From TPA_inf: Saccharomyces (Eukaryota): a stretch of 64,000 bases of DNA. The notes beneath the pieces were generated by a model. The model saw only the letters and a program-made list of their open reading frames with translations, was not told where the DNA came from and ran no database searches. The translations under genes were made by a program, and so were the position numbers. This document shows, piece by piece, positions 10,353 through 21,249 of this stretch. The stretch is taken from NCBI GenBank assembly GCA_000146045.2, contig BK006946.2, positions 736,001 to 800,000 on the forward strand, read 5' to 3'. Position 1 is the stretch's first letter, and each line of letters starts with the position of its first letter.

Positions 10353-11729
10353 ATGATCGTCAATATTAGTGCGAAGATGATCTTATCGATATGCTTTACG
10401 TTTCTGTCATTTTTTAAAGCCACTCATGCCATGGATTTGGATACTACTAGCAAAACGTCAATTTGTGATGCGACAGCGTTAATTCAAGGTGGTATGCTGG
10501 ATTACTATGAGGGTACTAGATACGGTGGTACCGTTGGGATGTTTCAGTCACCATACTATTGGTGGCATGCAGGGGAAGCATTTGGTGGCATGTTGGAAAA
10601 TTGGTTTCTTTGTGAGAATGATACATATCAAGAATTACTATACGATGCACTATTAGCGCAAACTGGTTCCAATTACGATTATATCCCGTCCAACCAAACG
10701 ATGGTTGAGGGGAATGATGACCAAGGTATTTGGGGTATTACTGTTATGGGTGCTGTCGAGAGAAATTTTACAGACCCCGGTGACGGCAAGCCAGGTTGGT
10801 TGGCAATGGTACAAGCTGTTTTCAACACCATGTACTCAAGATGGGATTCAGAGCACTGTGGCGGTGGTCTGAGATGGCAAATTTTCACTTGGAATAGTGG
10901 TTATAATTATAAAAATACAGTTTCAAATGCATGTTTGTTCCAGATTGCGGCGAGGTTGGGCAGATATACTGGTAACACTACATATTTGGAGGTTGCTGAA
11001 CAGGTTTTCGACTGGCTAGTGGATGTCGGGTATGTGGTTCTTAACGATACTGCAAATGTCTTTGATGGTGCTGAAATTGATACAAATTGCACTGATATTA
11101 CAAAAATTGAATGGACTTATAATCACGGTATCGTGCTTGGTGGTCTTGCATACATGTATAATGCTACAAATGGAACAGGTGAATGGGAGACCAGTTTGAC
11201 AAAAATTCTAAATGGTGCTAAATCTTATTTCTTCAAAGATAGTATTATGTACGAAAGCGCTTGTCAAGACTATGGCACCTGTAACACCGATCAAAGAACA
11301 TTCAAAAGTATTTTTTCTCGTATGCTTGGTCTTACAAGTGTCATGGCTCCCTTTACTAGGGACACAATTGATGATTTGATAAAAACAAGTGCTGAGGCCG
11401 CTGCAAAATCATGTAATGGTGGTACAGATGGGCATACATGTGGTTTAAATTGGCAGAAACAAACCAATGATGGCTACTATGGATTAGGTGAGCAAATGAG
11501 TGCTCTAGAAGTTATTCAAAATCTTTTAATTCATGACAGGCCAGCTCCATATAAGGAAGATAATGGCGGTACGTCAAAAGGTGACGCGAATGCCGGTATG
11601 AACTCATCGACCACTAACGTGCTACAAAACAATTTAAACATTAAGAAAGGTGATCGCGCTGGTGCCGCTATCATCACAGCAGTCATACTGAGTGTGCTAA
11701 CTGGTGGGGCTGTGTGGATGCTGTTTTAA
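10353..11729 (+). CDS. DFG5: Dfg5, GPI-anchored GH76 family alpha-1,6-mannanase-like cell-wall protein, 458 aa
   Basis: ORF-track start at 10302 is TTG. The first ATG at 10353 (MIVNISAKMILSICFTFLSFF, signal peptide) gives 458 aa. C-terminal hydrophobic GPI signal (GAAIITAVILSVLTGGAVWMLF). GH76-type core. Confidence 0.88.
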   Translation: MIVNISAKMILSICFTFLSFFKATHAMDLDTTSKTSICDATALIQGGMLDYYEGTRYGGTVGMFQSPYYWWHAGEAFGGMLENWFLCENDTYQELLYDALLAQTGSNYDYIPSNQTMVEGNDDQGIWGITVMGAVERNFTDPGDGKPGWLAMVQAVFNTMYSRWDSEHCGGGLRWQIFTWNSGYNYKNTVSNACLFQIAARLGRYTGNTTYLEVAEQVFDWLVDVGYVVLNDTANVFDGAEIDTNCTDITKIEWTYNHGIVLGGLAYMYNATNGTGEWETSLTKILNGAKSYFFKDSIMYESACQDYGTCNTDQRTFKSIFSRMLGLTSVMAPFTRDTIDDLIKTSAEAAAKSCNGGTDGHTCGLNWQKQTNDGYYGLGEQMSALEVIQNLLIHDRPAPYKEDNGGTSKGDANAGMNSSTTNVLQNNLNIKKGDRAGAAIITAVILSVLTGGAVWMLF

Positions 11730-11891
11730 ATGTGTCAAACTAGGCTCAAAAAAATTTTATTGTATTCTAATATTTAGGCTATCCTTTTCTTTCAGTAAAA
11801 ATGTTTATGTGCTACATACAAAACCCTTCATGATCAAAAACTGATTAAAATTTAGAGAGGAACAATTGTTTTTAAAAAAAATACTAAAAAA

Positions 11892-11963
11892 CACTCACGA
11901 TGGGGGTCGAACCCATAATCTTCTGATTAGAAGTCAGACGCGTTGCCATTACGCCACGCGAGC
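11892..11963 (-). tRNA. tR(UCU): tRNA-Arg (anticodon UCU), 72 nt, no intron
   Basis: Reverse complement reads GCTCGCGTGGCGTAATGGCAACGCGTCTGACTTCTAATCAGAAGATTATGGGTTCGACCCCCATCGTGAGTG. It has a cloverleaf, a TCT anticodon in a CU-TCT-AA loop, and a GGTTCGA T-loop. Located 160 bp downstream of DFG5. Confidence 0.92.
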
Positions 11964-12007
11964 TAGTCATATGTTTCTTTCGTCTTTTTCATCTGATGAC
12001 ATTCTAG

Positions 12008-12172
12008 TGGAACATTTATGGTAAGATACCGATTCCATTTTAAGGATTTCTATACCCTCGAGGAGAACTTCTAGTACATACATAATTTTATAGCTTTGAC
12101 CAACAATGGAATCCCAAAAATTATCAAATTTTTTATCAAATATTCAAATATATCAAATATTCTAATGTTTTA
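12008..12172 (+). mobile_element. Truncated Ty1/Ty2 delta LTR fragment (3' ~165 bp of a solo LTR) next to tRNA-Arg
   Basis: GATTCCATTTTAAGGATTTCTATACCCTCGAGGAGAACTTCTAGTA...ACAATGGAATCCCAAAAATTATC matches the conserved 3' part of the delta consensus (…GATTCCATTTTGAGGATTCCTATATCCTCGAGGAGAACTTCTAGTATA…AACAATGGAATCCCAACAATTATCTCA). Confidence 0.75.
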
Positions 12173-12261
12173 TAAACGTTTTATGAATGACATATATGCG
12201 ATAATTATATGGCTAAAGAAAATCAATGCAAGTTCCATCATGGTTGTGTAAAAGGAACGTT

Positions 12262-13677
12262 TCAGCTTGTATCTGAGAATTTTCTTTTCTTATTCTTTTG
12301 TGAGGGATCTTTTAACACAGATTCACTCCTAGGAATGGCAGCTCTTTGTTTGGCGTAAAAATCTAACATTTTTTTGTCACGAAGAGCATTTTCTGCAGCC
12401 CTAATACCCGCAATTTTGATATTTCTGCCCACACCGGTCCCTAAAACTGTTCCATCACCTACTCTGCACTCAACTATGGAATTAGGATCAACTGCAGTGG
12501 GTTTTTTTACGGTAACATAATGTAGACGTAATGAAGCATAGCCAATCAAAGAGTAAAGCTGCCTTTTAGCATTCATATCAAGTTTATCCGTCTTCTCCAA
12601 GGCAACTTGATTACGGGTAGCCTCCTCAATGACAGGTTTGGCAAGCTTTCTTAACCATTTTCTTATTTTGGGCAAATTATTCCTTGGATCATCTTCCATC
12701 AAGCCGCCAATGTAAGCTTCGAACACATCTGCATACAGTTTTAGTTTGCCGTTTTGAAAATTGGAATTTTCATCCTTCAAGTCAAAATTTGTCTTAAGTT
12801 TCTCATGGAAATTGTACATTATTGACCATTGTTTGATCTGTTCGTTGCTTACCAAATTCATCCTTAATGTTGATAACTGACCCTCGCTGTAATCGGGAAA
12901 CTTGTTATAAATAATTAATGTCATAACAGAATTTAAGATCGAATCGCCTAGGAATTCTAGTCTTTCATTATGTGCGTTGATCATTTCTGATCCAGACAAG
13001 TAAACTTTATCCTTTATTGTGGATTTGTGAATAAATACCCTGGCCCTAATCGCTAAATCTTGAATCTCTGGTAATTTTGGAGGCCATTTTGTTGCCTTGA
13101 CGATATCACCAGCCTTTGTTGGGTCATAGCTATCTTCTCCTTCGTCTTCTTCTTCATCTTCCTTTTCATTTAAATTTTCGTACACATTTACATCTATTTT
13201 CTCTCGCTTTTCCCTTTTAACTTGTTCTAGCTTCTCTAACTTTTCCATATCAGCTTTACTGATTTCTTGCAATATAGGTTGCTTTTGTTCAGTATCAAAT
13301 TCATTTTCATAATCAGTAATTTCTGTCAAAATTGCGTCTTTTTTAAGATCATGTAAGGTTTTTAATTCAGCTGCCAGTTTTAATTGATAACGTGATAGAG
13401 AAGGAAGTATCTGAACAGGCACTCTATCTTGATTGTTAACGGCTTCATTGTAAGCTACCAAATTTGGTGAAAGTTCAATTATTTTATTGTAAGACTCCAC
13501 CAATTTTGTCACAGCATGTTCTAGTTGAATCACCTCAAGATATTTGTAATTTGATATCTTAAGGTTGCCTTTCAAAAGCGTCTTGGTATTGATATTTTCG
13601 CGCTGCTGTGAACCATTTTCGTTATCTAGTTTATTATCATTCTGGGTTTTCTTTTTACCTGCTACTTTTGAGCCCAT
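12262..13677 (-). CDS. RNT1: RNase III (Rnt1), dsRNA-specific endonuclease, 471 aa
   Basis: RNase III signature [12 protein letters not shown] and a C-terminal dsRBD. The ORF track extends to a GTG at 13884. The first ATG ([10 protein letters not shown]) at 13677 gives the known 471 aa. Confidence 0.88.
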
Positions 13678-13929
13678 TGTTTTGAAAAGCTTGTAAATAG
13701 GACAGTTTTGCTCTCTTCTATATGCGCATTTACTTGCCTCACTTTGATCGAGCAGGATTCTCCTGAGAGTGACTATATGACCTGATAATGAGATAAATTT
13801 TGCGATGAGCTCATGAAAAATTTCAGCATGGTTTAGGGCCGCATTTAAAAAAGAAAAAAACTCGTACGTGAGAAATAGTACCACATGTAAAATTTTGTAA
13901 AACTGAAGTACCTATGCGATATTTAGTAG

Positions 13930-15240
13930 TTATTTCAATACAGTATATAGTTGCTTCTCCGATTCCTCTTCGTTTCTCTCAAGTTTTTCTTCTGCGCTTG
14001 TCACTTCGGATATGTCTTCCTGGAAGTGATCTAACTTATGCTCTACTTCATCATCGATTTTGTCATCTTGGCGCCCATTTTCCGCATTCGCCTGTGTATC
14101 CTCTTTTGAATTTTCAAATTCAGGGGTTTCAAATGAGATCAATGCGCCAAAATAGTTTCTACCCTGTTTCTTGGACCTTGAATGGTGATTAGGGATTATT
14201 TTTCCGTAAACGTCGCCTTTTAAATTCGTTATATCCCAATTCAAGCCGGCAATTTTCAGATCAGGATATCCCGTAGGTAATCCAATGTCTTTCATCTTCA
14301 TACACCATGGTGGTAGTTGACCTTCGGGTAAATTCATTATGGCACGAAGCTCTTGGCTAATTCTCCCCGGTCTCTTATGATCAACCATTCTTTTCCAGTT
14401 CGTTTCCTCGAAAAGATTCCTATTTTCATAATAGACGTCACCGAAGCATAACAAATGGTCAGGTTTCCAGTTGGCTCCTATCTTGAAAAACACATCGTGT
14501 AACTTCTTGTAATCCAAATCCAAGGCGCCCATTTTCGGCTGCACTCTTGCTCTTGAGGCCTCCTTTAGTGACTTTTCATCTTGACCATCCAGTCCGCTTT
14601 GCGGAAGCGTCGATCTCATTTGTTCTATATTTGTCTTCTTGATAATGTCAGGAAGTTCAAAAGGTCTTTTACCTAACAGAGAACGGCCAGATAGATATTC
14701 CTTCTTGGACTGCCAGTGGCTTGGAACAGGAATGACATTTTTGGTGCACTTAATTGACGCTAGTAAGCCTGGATATCTTGCGTCACAATCGTACCATTCT
14801 ATAATTTGAGGATACGGTACCTGGCTTTTTAACTGCGAAAGTGAAGGTTTTTCAGTCTTCCTACGTTTTCTTGCCGATAGATGCTCCTCAATACCATCCG
14901 AGGGTGTATCCTCCAATTCATCTTCTGCTGTATGCTTTCTGTTCATAACTGGGTTTTTCTCAACAATAACGACATGATTGTTCTTTTCATCTTTCGTGAT
15001 TTCCTTCGGCGTATCATTCTCTTGCACTTGAAATCGTTGTAAAACGTCTTTGAACTCTTTTTCTAACTTCGCATCCACTACCTTATTCGTCTTTCCTTTG
15101 CTGTTAGTCACCCCACCCTTTTTCTTTTGCTCAAGCCTTCTTGCATCAATCATGGCGGCGATCTCAGCCTTATTATTTACCACAGACGCATTCTTATTTT
15201 GGTTATTTCCGGAACGCTTCCTACTTTTGGTTCTAGCCAT
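13930..15240 (-). CDS. CUS1: Cus1, U2 snRNP SF3b145-like splicing factor, 436 aa
   Basis: 436-aa ORF with a conserved SF3b2/DUF382-type central region (YPGLLASIKCTKNVIPVPSHWQSKKEYLSGRS…). Gene order matches. Confidence 0.88.
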   Translation of the reverse strand: MARTKSRKRSGNNQNKNASVVNNKAEIAAMIDARRLEQKKKGGVTNSKGKTNKVVDAKLEKEFKDVLQRFQVQENDTPKEITKDEKNNHVVIVEKNPVMNRKHTAEDELEDTPSDGIEEHLSARKRRKTEKPSLSQLKSQVPYPQIIEWYDCDARYPGLLASIKCTKNVIPVPSHWQSKKEYLSGRSLLGKRPFELPDIIKKTNIEQMRSTLPQSGLDGQDEKSLKEASRARVQPKMGALDLDYKKLHDVFFKIGANWKPDHLLCFGDVYYENRNLFEETNWKRMVDHKRPGRISQELRAIMNLPEGQLPPWCMKMKDIGLPTGYPDLKIAGLNWDITNLKGDVYGKIIPNHHSRSKKQGRNYFGALISFETPEFENSKEDTQANAENGRQDDKIDDEVEHKLDHFQEDISEVTSAEEKLERNEEESEKQLYTVLK

Positions 15241-15960
15241 TTCACCACTATCTTTATGATCTGATGCTCTGCCTATAGATATATACTCTGTATGCTACTG
15301 CCTTCTTAATACCTTTCTAAACAATACCAATATACTGTATTGGATTTCTATATGGTTGAAAGTTATTATTCTTGCAATTATAGCCCTGTAATGAAGCTGC
15401 GTGATTGGACCTGTGCCCTCTTCTTCCATTACTTACCCTATCACTTTTCTTTCTCAAGACCTAGGTCCTGTCGGCAAATTCCGCTGCAATAACGCGAAGA
15501 TCATGACTTTTTTCACTCAGAAGGCAGAGAATCACGATTGATAAAGATCACGCAAAAAAAAAAGATGATTGGCTAAATGCATAGGGCGACAAACATGGGC
15601 CCTTCTTTTGCACTCATGTTTTAGCTTCCTTTGTCCCATTGTGTAAACTTATGACAAGATATCGCACTCTAAAAAAAAAAAAGAAAAACGCATTAGCCTC
15701 TTGCATGGATCTTACCTTCTGTAACATTTATATATCTCGAGAAATCTACGGACATTTAAAAAACGCTGTCAATACAATCTTCTAGATATTCGGATTTGAA
15801 TTTTGCAAAAAGTCCGAAGCTGCCCACCTCAAGTCATTGTTTCAACTCGCTTACGGTATATATATCTACTTTCATTGAGATATAAACAGCGCTGATACAA
15901 TCTTTTTATATAAGTCTTTTGTACAAATAAAGCTAGGAAAAGCCCGACGTCATTATAGCT

Positions 15961-16905
15961 ATGCCATCTACCACTAATACTGCTGCAGCAAACGTAATAG
16001 AAAAAAAGCCAGTCTCGTTTTCTAATATCCTATTGGGTGCCTGTTTAAACTTGTCAGAGGTGACTACATTAGGGCAACCTTTGGAGGTTGTTAAGACCAC
16101 AATGGCTGCAAACAGAAACTTCACATTTTTAGAATCTGTTAAGCATGTCTGGTCAAGAGGTGGTATCTTGGGTTACTACCAAGGTTTGATTCCATGGGCA
16201 TGGATCGAAGCCTCCACTAAAGGTGCTGTGTTGCTGTTCGTGTCAGCTGAGGCTGAGTATCGTTTCAAAAGTTTGGGGTTGAACAACTTTGCCTCAGGTA
16301 TATTAGGTGGTGTCACGGGTGGTGTCACTCAAGCCTACTTAACCATGGGGTTCTGTACCTGTATGAAAACGGTGGAAATTACAAGACATAAATCTGCCTC
16401 CGCAGGTGGTGTCCCACAATCTTCTTGGAGTGTGTTCAAGAATATTTATAAAAAGGAAGGTATTAGAGGTATTAATAAGGGTGTTAATGCTGTTGCTATT
16501 AGACAAATGACCAACTGGGGTTCTCGTTTTGGTTTGTCCAGACTAGTGGAAGATGGTATCAGAAAGATCACCGGGAAAACCAATAAAGACGACAAGTTGA
16601 ATCCGTTCGAGAAAATTGGTGCCAGTGCTTTAGGTGGTGGTTTAAGTGCTTGGAATCAACCAATCGAAGTCATTAGAGTTGAAATGCAATCTAAGAAGGA
16701 AGATCCAAACAGACCAAAAAATTTGACTGTTGGTAAGACATTTAAATACATCTATCAATCAAATGGTCTAAAGGGTCTTTACCGTGGTGTCACCCCAAGA
16801 ATTGGTTTAGGTATCTGGCAAACTGTCTTCATGGTTGGTTTTGGTGATATGGCGAAGGAATTTGTCGCCAGAATGACTGGTGAAACCCCAGTTGCCAAAC
16901 ATTAG
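15961..16905 (+). CDS. YHM2: Mitochondrial carrier-family citrate/oxoglutarate transporter Yhm2, 314 aa
   Basis: Three tandem ~100-aa mitochondrial-carrier repeats with P-x-[DE]-x-x-[KR]-like motifs (PLEVVKTTM, PIEVIRVEMQ). 314 aa. Confidence 0.9.
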   Translation: MPSTTNTAAANVIEKKPVSFSNILLGACLNLSEVTTLGQPLEVVKTTMAANRNFTFLESVKHVWSRGGILGYYQGLIPWAWIEASTKGAVLLFVSAEAEYRFKSLGLNNFASGILGGVTGGVTQAYLTMGFCTCMKTVEITRHKSASAGGVPQSSWSVFKNIYKKEGIRGINKGVNAVAIRQMTNWGSRFGLSRLVEDGIRKITGKTNKDDKLNPFEKIGASALGGGLSAWNQPIEVIRVEMQSKKEDPNRPKNLTVGKTFKYIYQSNGLKGLYRGVTPRIGLGIWQTVFMVGFGDMAKEFVARMTGETPVAKH

Positions 16906-17224
16906 CGTGTATTGTACTATAAGTTTTTTTTAAAAAAATTAATTATTTAGCTTAGTCATTTTTTTTTTTTCTGAGGATATTGCTCTTATGCTGGGGTGCT
17001 TCCTATTTGTCTCAACTTGTTCTAATTGTACTAAGGTTATCAGCTATTTACTTCATGCAAACCTTAATATCTATAGATTCTTTGAAAGGAAGCCTTACCC
17101 ATTTACCTCTGGCCGTTCATGAAATGTTGAAATTATTAAATTCTACAGAATTGATAATACATAAAAATAAACTATTAAAGTATCAGAAAAATATTTTATA
17201 TCTTAAAATTCAAATATGCACAGT

Positions 17225-18219
<995 letters not shown>

Positions 18220-18572
18220 TTTTTCCGCACTGTTTTTCCTTAAAAGACTTGAGGAACTATATAGATGCTTATGATTGTCCAAATTCTTCAACCTCAATGT
18301 TTAAAATGAAATTTGGCGATACCTTGCCACGGTCAGATTTTGGTACAGGAGGGAACAAGCAGGCGCCCGGCTTAGAGTTGGGCTAAGAGCATCAAATGTG
18401 CGCTGGATTCTGCCTCAATGCACTTAGTAAATTGCAGCAGGGTTTAGAGGGGAACGCTTATTGAGAAGCGGTATTCCTGGGCTGGTACCACACCGAAGTG
18501 AGCTTAATTTGTTTCCTGCTCTGCGCGCGCTGAAAAAAGTTAACTATTTGAGACATAAAAACGCTATTCTGG

Positions 18573-18584
18573 ATGTATGGGGGT
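18573..18584 (-). promoter_or_regulatory. Rap1-like site (plus strand ATGTATGGGGGT; minus strand ACCCCCATACAT) in the RPL20A promoter
   Basis: Matches the Rap1 consensus ACACCCRYACAY at 11 of 12 positions. About 350 bp upstream of the putative first exon, typical for ribosomal-protein gene promoters. Confidence 0.4.
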
Positions 18585-18837
18585 ATTTTATGTTTGGGTT
18601 AAAAGTCTCAAAAAAAAGATGAGGAAGGATTGTGGCACATATTGCATACAAATTTTTAATGGAGATTTATAGCTAAAAGATAGCGTATTCATACATTGAA
18701 TAACGCAGTTCTTGAGTTAGGAAGAACTGCCTTCTTCCTATACGTCTAAGAATTAATTATGTAAATAGTATATAGTTTATGTTCTCTGTAGAACCATGGG
18801 ATAAATTCACCGACGGCTTCAGCCCTTTATATCTTTA

Positions 18838-20166
18838 TTACAGGCAATTGGAAGTATTGCAGTTTACAGCGTCATCTACAATACAATTAGATGATGCTGT
18901 AGTAGCACCATAGGCAGTAGGTGAACGCTTTTTTCTACCATGCTCAGTGTTTCCATGGCTGTCAAAGGCTTCTTGAGACGAAGATGGTGAACCACCTGCT
19001 ATGATAGAAAATCTTCTGCGAATATCCTCATTAACATCTCCAGAAACAAATTCTGGTTGAACAGTTGCAGAATGAATACCGTGTTGATGGAATATTTTTC
19101 TTATCAGCTTGGCGGAGCTCATGAATTTATCAGGTGCACAGTCTATTTGAACGTGGATAGATGCAATATATATTGATTCAGTTAAGTTCCAGACGTGGAA
19201 GTCATGGACCGCTATCACGCCAGGTACTGCCAAAATCTCTCTTTGAATCTGATCAGCAGAAATTGTAGAAGGAGTAGCCTGTAGTAAAATTCTTGAAGCT
19301 CTACGTGATAAGGGCAGAGCGGAAGAGAAAATAATAATGGTGATGATTAAAGAAACGATTGGATCCGAGTAATATCTCCAAGAATATTCAGTTTTCCAAA
19401 TAAACAAAGCAGCTGCAATAACACCAATATTACCCAGAGCATCACCTAGTACATGTAAGAAGACACCATGCATATTCAAAGAGCGATGACCTGGTTTCTT
19501 CGATTCATGGCTGTGGTCATGATCATCGTGGTTCAATAAGGGTTGGCTTTCGTTTGATAATCTGTTTACTACTGATTGTGGCAACACTTCACCAATTTGC
19601 CCTGAGGGCCCAGGACTCGAAATAGCATCTTCATCGATGGCCAAATTATCGTTTGGAAGAGATGCATGAGAGTGGGAATGAGTCGCATTAGATTCTATGT
19701 CCAAATCGTTATTCCCGCTTTCCACAGAGCCATGAGAGTGTGAGTGCAGACTATCGCTGCCATGATCGTGGAACAAAAATAAACCTACGACATTAGAAAT
19801 TAACCCTGCTACACCAACGTATAAAACCAACCTTGGGTTTTGAATTTCTTGAGGTTCAATCAATCTTTGTAAAGCTTCAATCATAATAGAGAAACACAGG
19901 GCAATAAGAAAAACAGCATTGATTAAAGCACCCAAAATTTCTGCTCTTTTCCATCCATAAGTGTATTTAGCGTCTGGACCCCTGTTTTTGGCCACATCCA
20001 CAGCCCATAGTGCCACTAAAAGAGAGATGATATCATTCAACATGTGAAATGAATCGGCAATCAAGGCCAATGAATGTGACATATAACCTATGGTAATTTC
20101 CAATAGGAAAAAAACCGTGTCTAAGGTCAAAAGAGAGATGATTCTCAATTCTTTACCGGTGATCAT
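18838..20166 (-). CDS. ZRC1: Zrc1, vacuolar Zn2+ transporter of the cation diffusion facilitator family, 442 aa
   Basis: Six-TM CDF architecture with a His-rich cytosolic loop (HDHGSDSLHSHSHGSVESGNNDLDIESNATHSHSHAS). 442 aa. Confidence 0.9.
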   Translation of the reverse strand: MITGKELRIISLLTLDTVFFLLEITIGYMSHSLALIADSFHMLNDIISLLVALWAVDVAKNRGPDAKYTYGWKRAEILGALINAVFLIALCFSIMIEALQRLIEPQEIQNPRLVLYVGVAGLISNVVGLFLFHDHGSDSLHSHSHGSVESGNNDLDIESNATHSHSHASLPNDNLAIDEDAISSPGPSGQIGEVLPQSVVNRLSNESQPLLNHDDHDHSHESKKPGHRSLNMHGVFLHVLGDALGNIGVIAAALFIWKTEYSWRYYSDPIVSLIITIIIFSSALPLSRRASRILLQATPSTISADQIQREILAVPGVIAVHDFHVWNLTESIYIASIHVQIDCAPDKFMSSAKLIRKIFHQHGIHSATVQPEFVSGDVNEDIRRRFSIIAGGSPSSSQEAFDSHGNTEHGRKKRSPTAYGATTASSNCIVDDAVNCNTSNCL

Positions 20167-20329
20167 GACTCTATTAGTTTCCTGGTATTCCTGACGGATA
20201 TCGATAGGGAAAAATTACTGCGCCAAGCCCTTTAAAGTATCTTGAATGTTATATTCTTTTATGAAACTTTGAGCTCTGATGACTTTGCAATGAAAAGTTT
20301 TAGCTGATGCAGCAACCACCTCATTCCTC

Positions 20330-20340
20330 ACCTTCAAGGC
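20330..20340. promoter_or_regulatory. Zap1 zinc-responsive element (ZRE) ACCTTCAAGGC, ~165 bp upstream of the ZRC1 ATG
   Basis: 10 of 11 match to the ZRE consensus ACCTTNAAGGT. ZRC1 is a known Zap1 target (established knowledge). The site itself was read directly from the sequence. Confidence 0.55.
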
Positions 20341-20929
20341 CATCTGAAGAAGGAAAACAGAGGGAGGGACGTTATTTTTCGCAAACAAAAACGGCATTTT
20401 TTTTCTTTTGAAAAATGAGGTTTTCCGAGGGTGTGTGGGTCTATGCCAAGAAATCATATTAGAGTTTTTGTTTCTTTAAGGTTGACCAGCAAAAACAAAA
20501 AGGAGTCACCGTTTATGACTTCCGTTATATGACATATATATTTTCGGCGTAGGTAGGGAAAGACAAATGCACTCACTACGCTGCGTCATGAAGAGAAAGT
20601 AGCAAGAATTTTTTTTGCTTCCTGGGAAGTAGGCTCAGCTAGTAAAAAGGGTTGTAGAAAGGAAGTCTGGCTGAACTTAGCCAGACGCCTTCCCCTTAGC
20701 AGAATGAATACTGTAGTCCGGAGATACATCAAGAGTCCAGAACTCAACGCAAAAGTTTATCTCATGGGACCTGCACCGATCTGCAAACCGAGATAACTTT
20801 CTTTTTATGTAGTAAAGATCTCAGTTTTTTTTTTTTTTTTTGAATCTGTAAACCTACCAGTGCCACGGCGGTAGTTTCTTTTTTCAAGTGGAAGTGCTTT
20901 AGTAGCAGCGGGTCCGCAAAGCATTATTG

Positions 20930-21030
20930 TTTCTTTTTTTTGATTTCTTCTTATTTCTTATTTCTTATTCTTTTTCTTATTCTTTTTCTTATTCTTTTTC
21001 TTATTCTTTTTCTTTTTCTTTTTCTTTTTC
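20930..21030. repeat. Pyrimidine-rich minisatellite (TTCTTATT / TTCTTTTTC units) plus a nearby poly-T17 tract (20825-20841) in the ZRC1-YMR244W divergent intergenic region
   Basis: Visible tandem units ...ttcttatttcttatttcttattctttttcttattctttttcttattctttttcttattctttttctttttctttttctttttc. Confidence 0.85.
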
Positions 21031-21249
21031 TACATCATCTTACTTAGCTACTCAGTCGATTTCATGGGCGATGTATCGGTGAATAAGAGAACGATATTTA
21101 ATTTCTTTTTAGCTAGTTCTCTTTTTTTCACCTATAAAAATGCAACTACTTTCATATCATTTCCTTTCCCTCAAACAGGTGAGATAAAGATAGGACTCTT
21201 CTACTAAACATATATATTACTGAACGTCCCAATCGAATATCGAGAGAAA

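Noticed and set aside
13678-13884. 69-codon in-frame N-terminal extension of RNT1 in the ORF track
   Set aside because: The extension begins at GTG, not ATG. The first ATG gives exactly the known 471-aa RNase III, and the extension has no conserved features.
18330-18480. GC-richer stretch upstream of RPL20A that superficially looked tRNA-like (…ggcgcccggcttagagttgggctaagagc…)
   Set aside because: No cloverleaf can be drawn, and there are no conserved T-loop (GGTTCGA) or D-loop boxes. More likely RP-promoter sequence.
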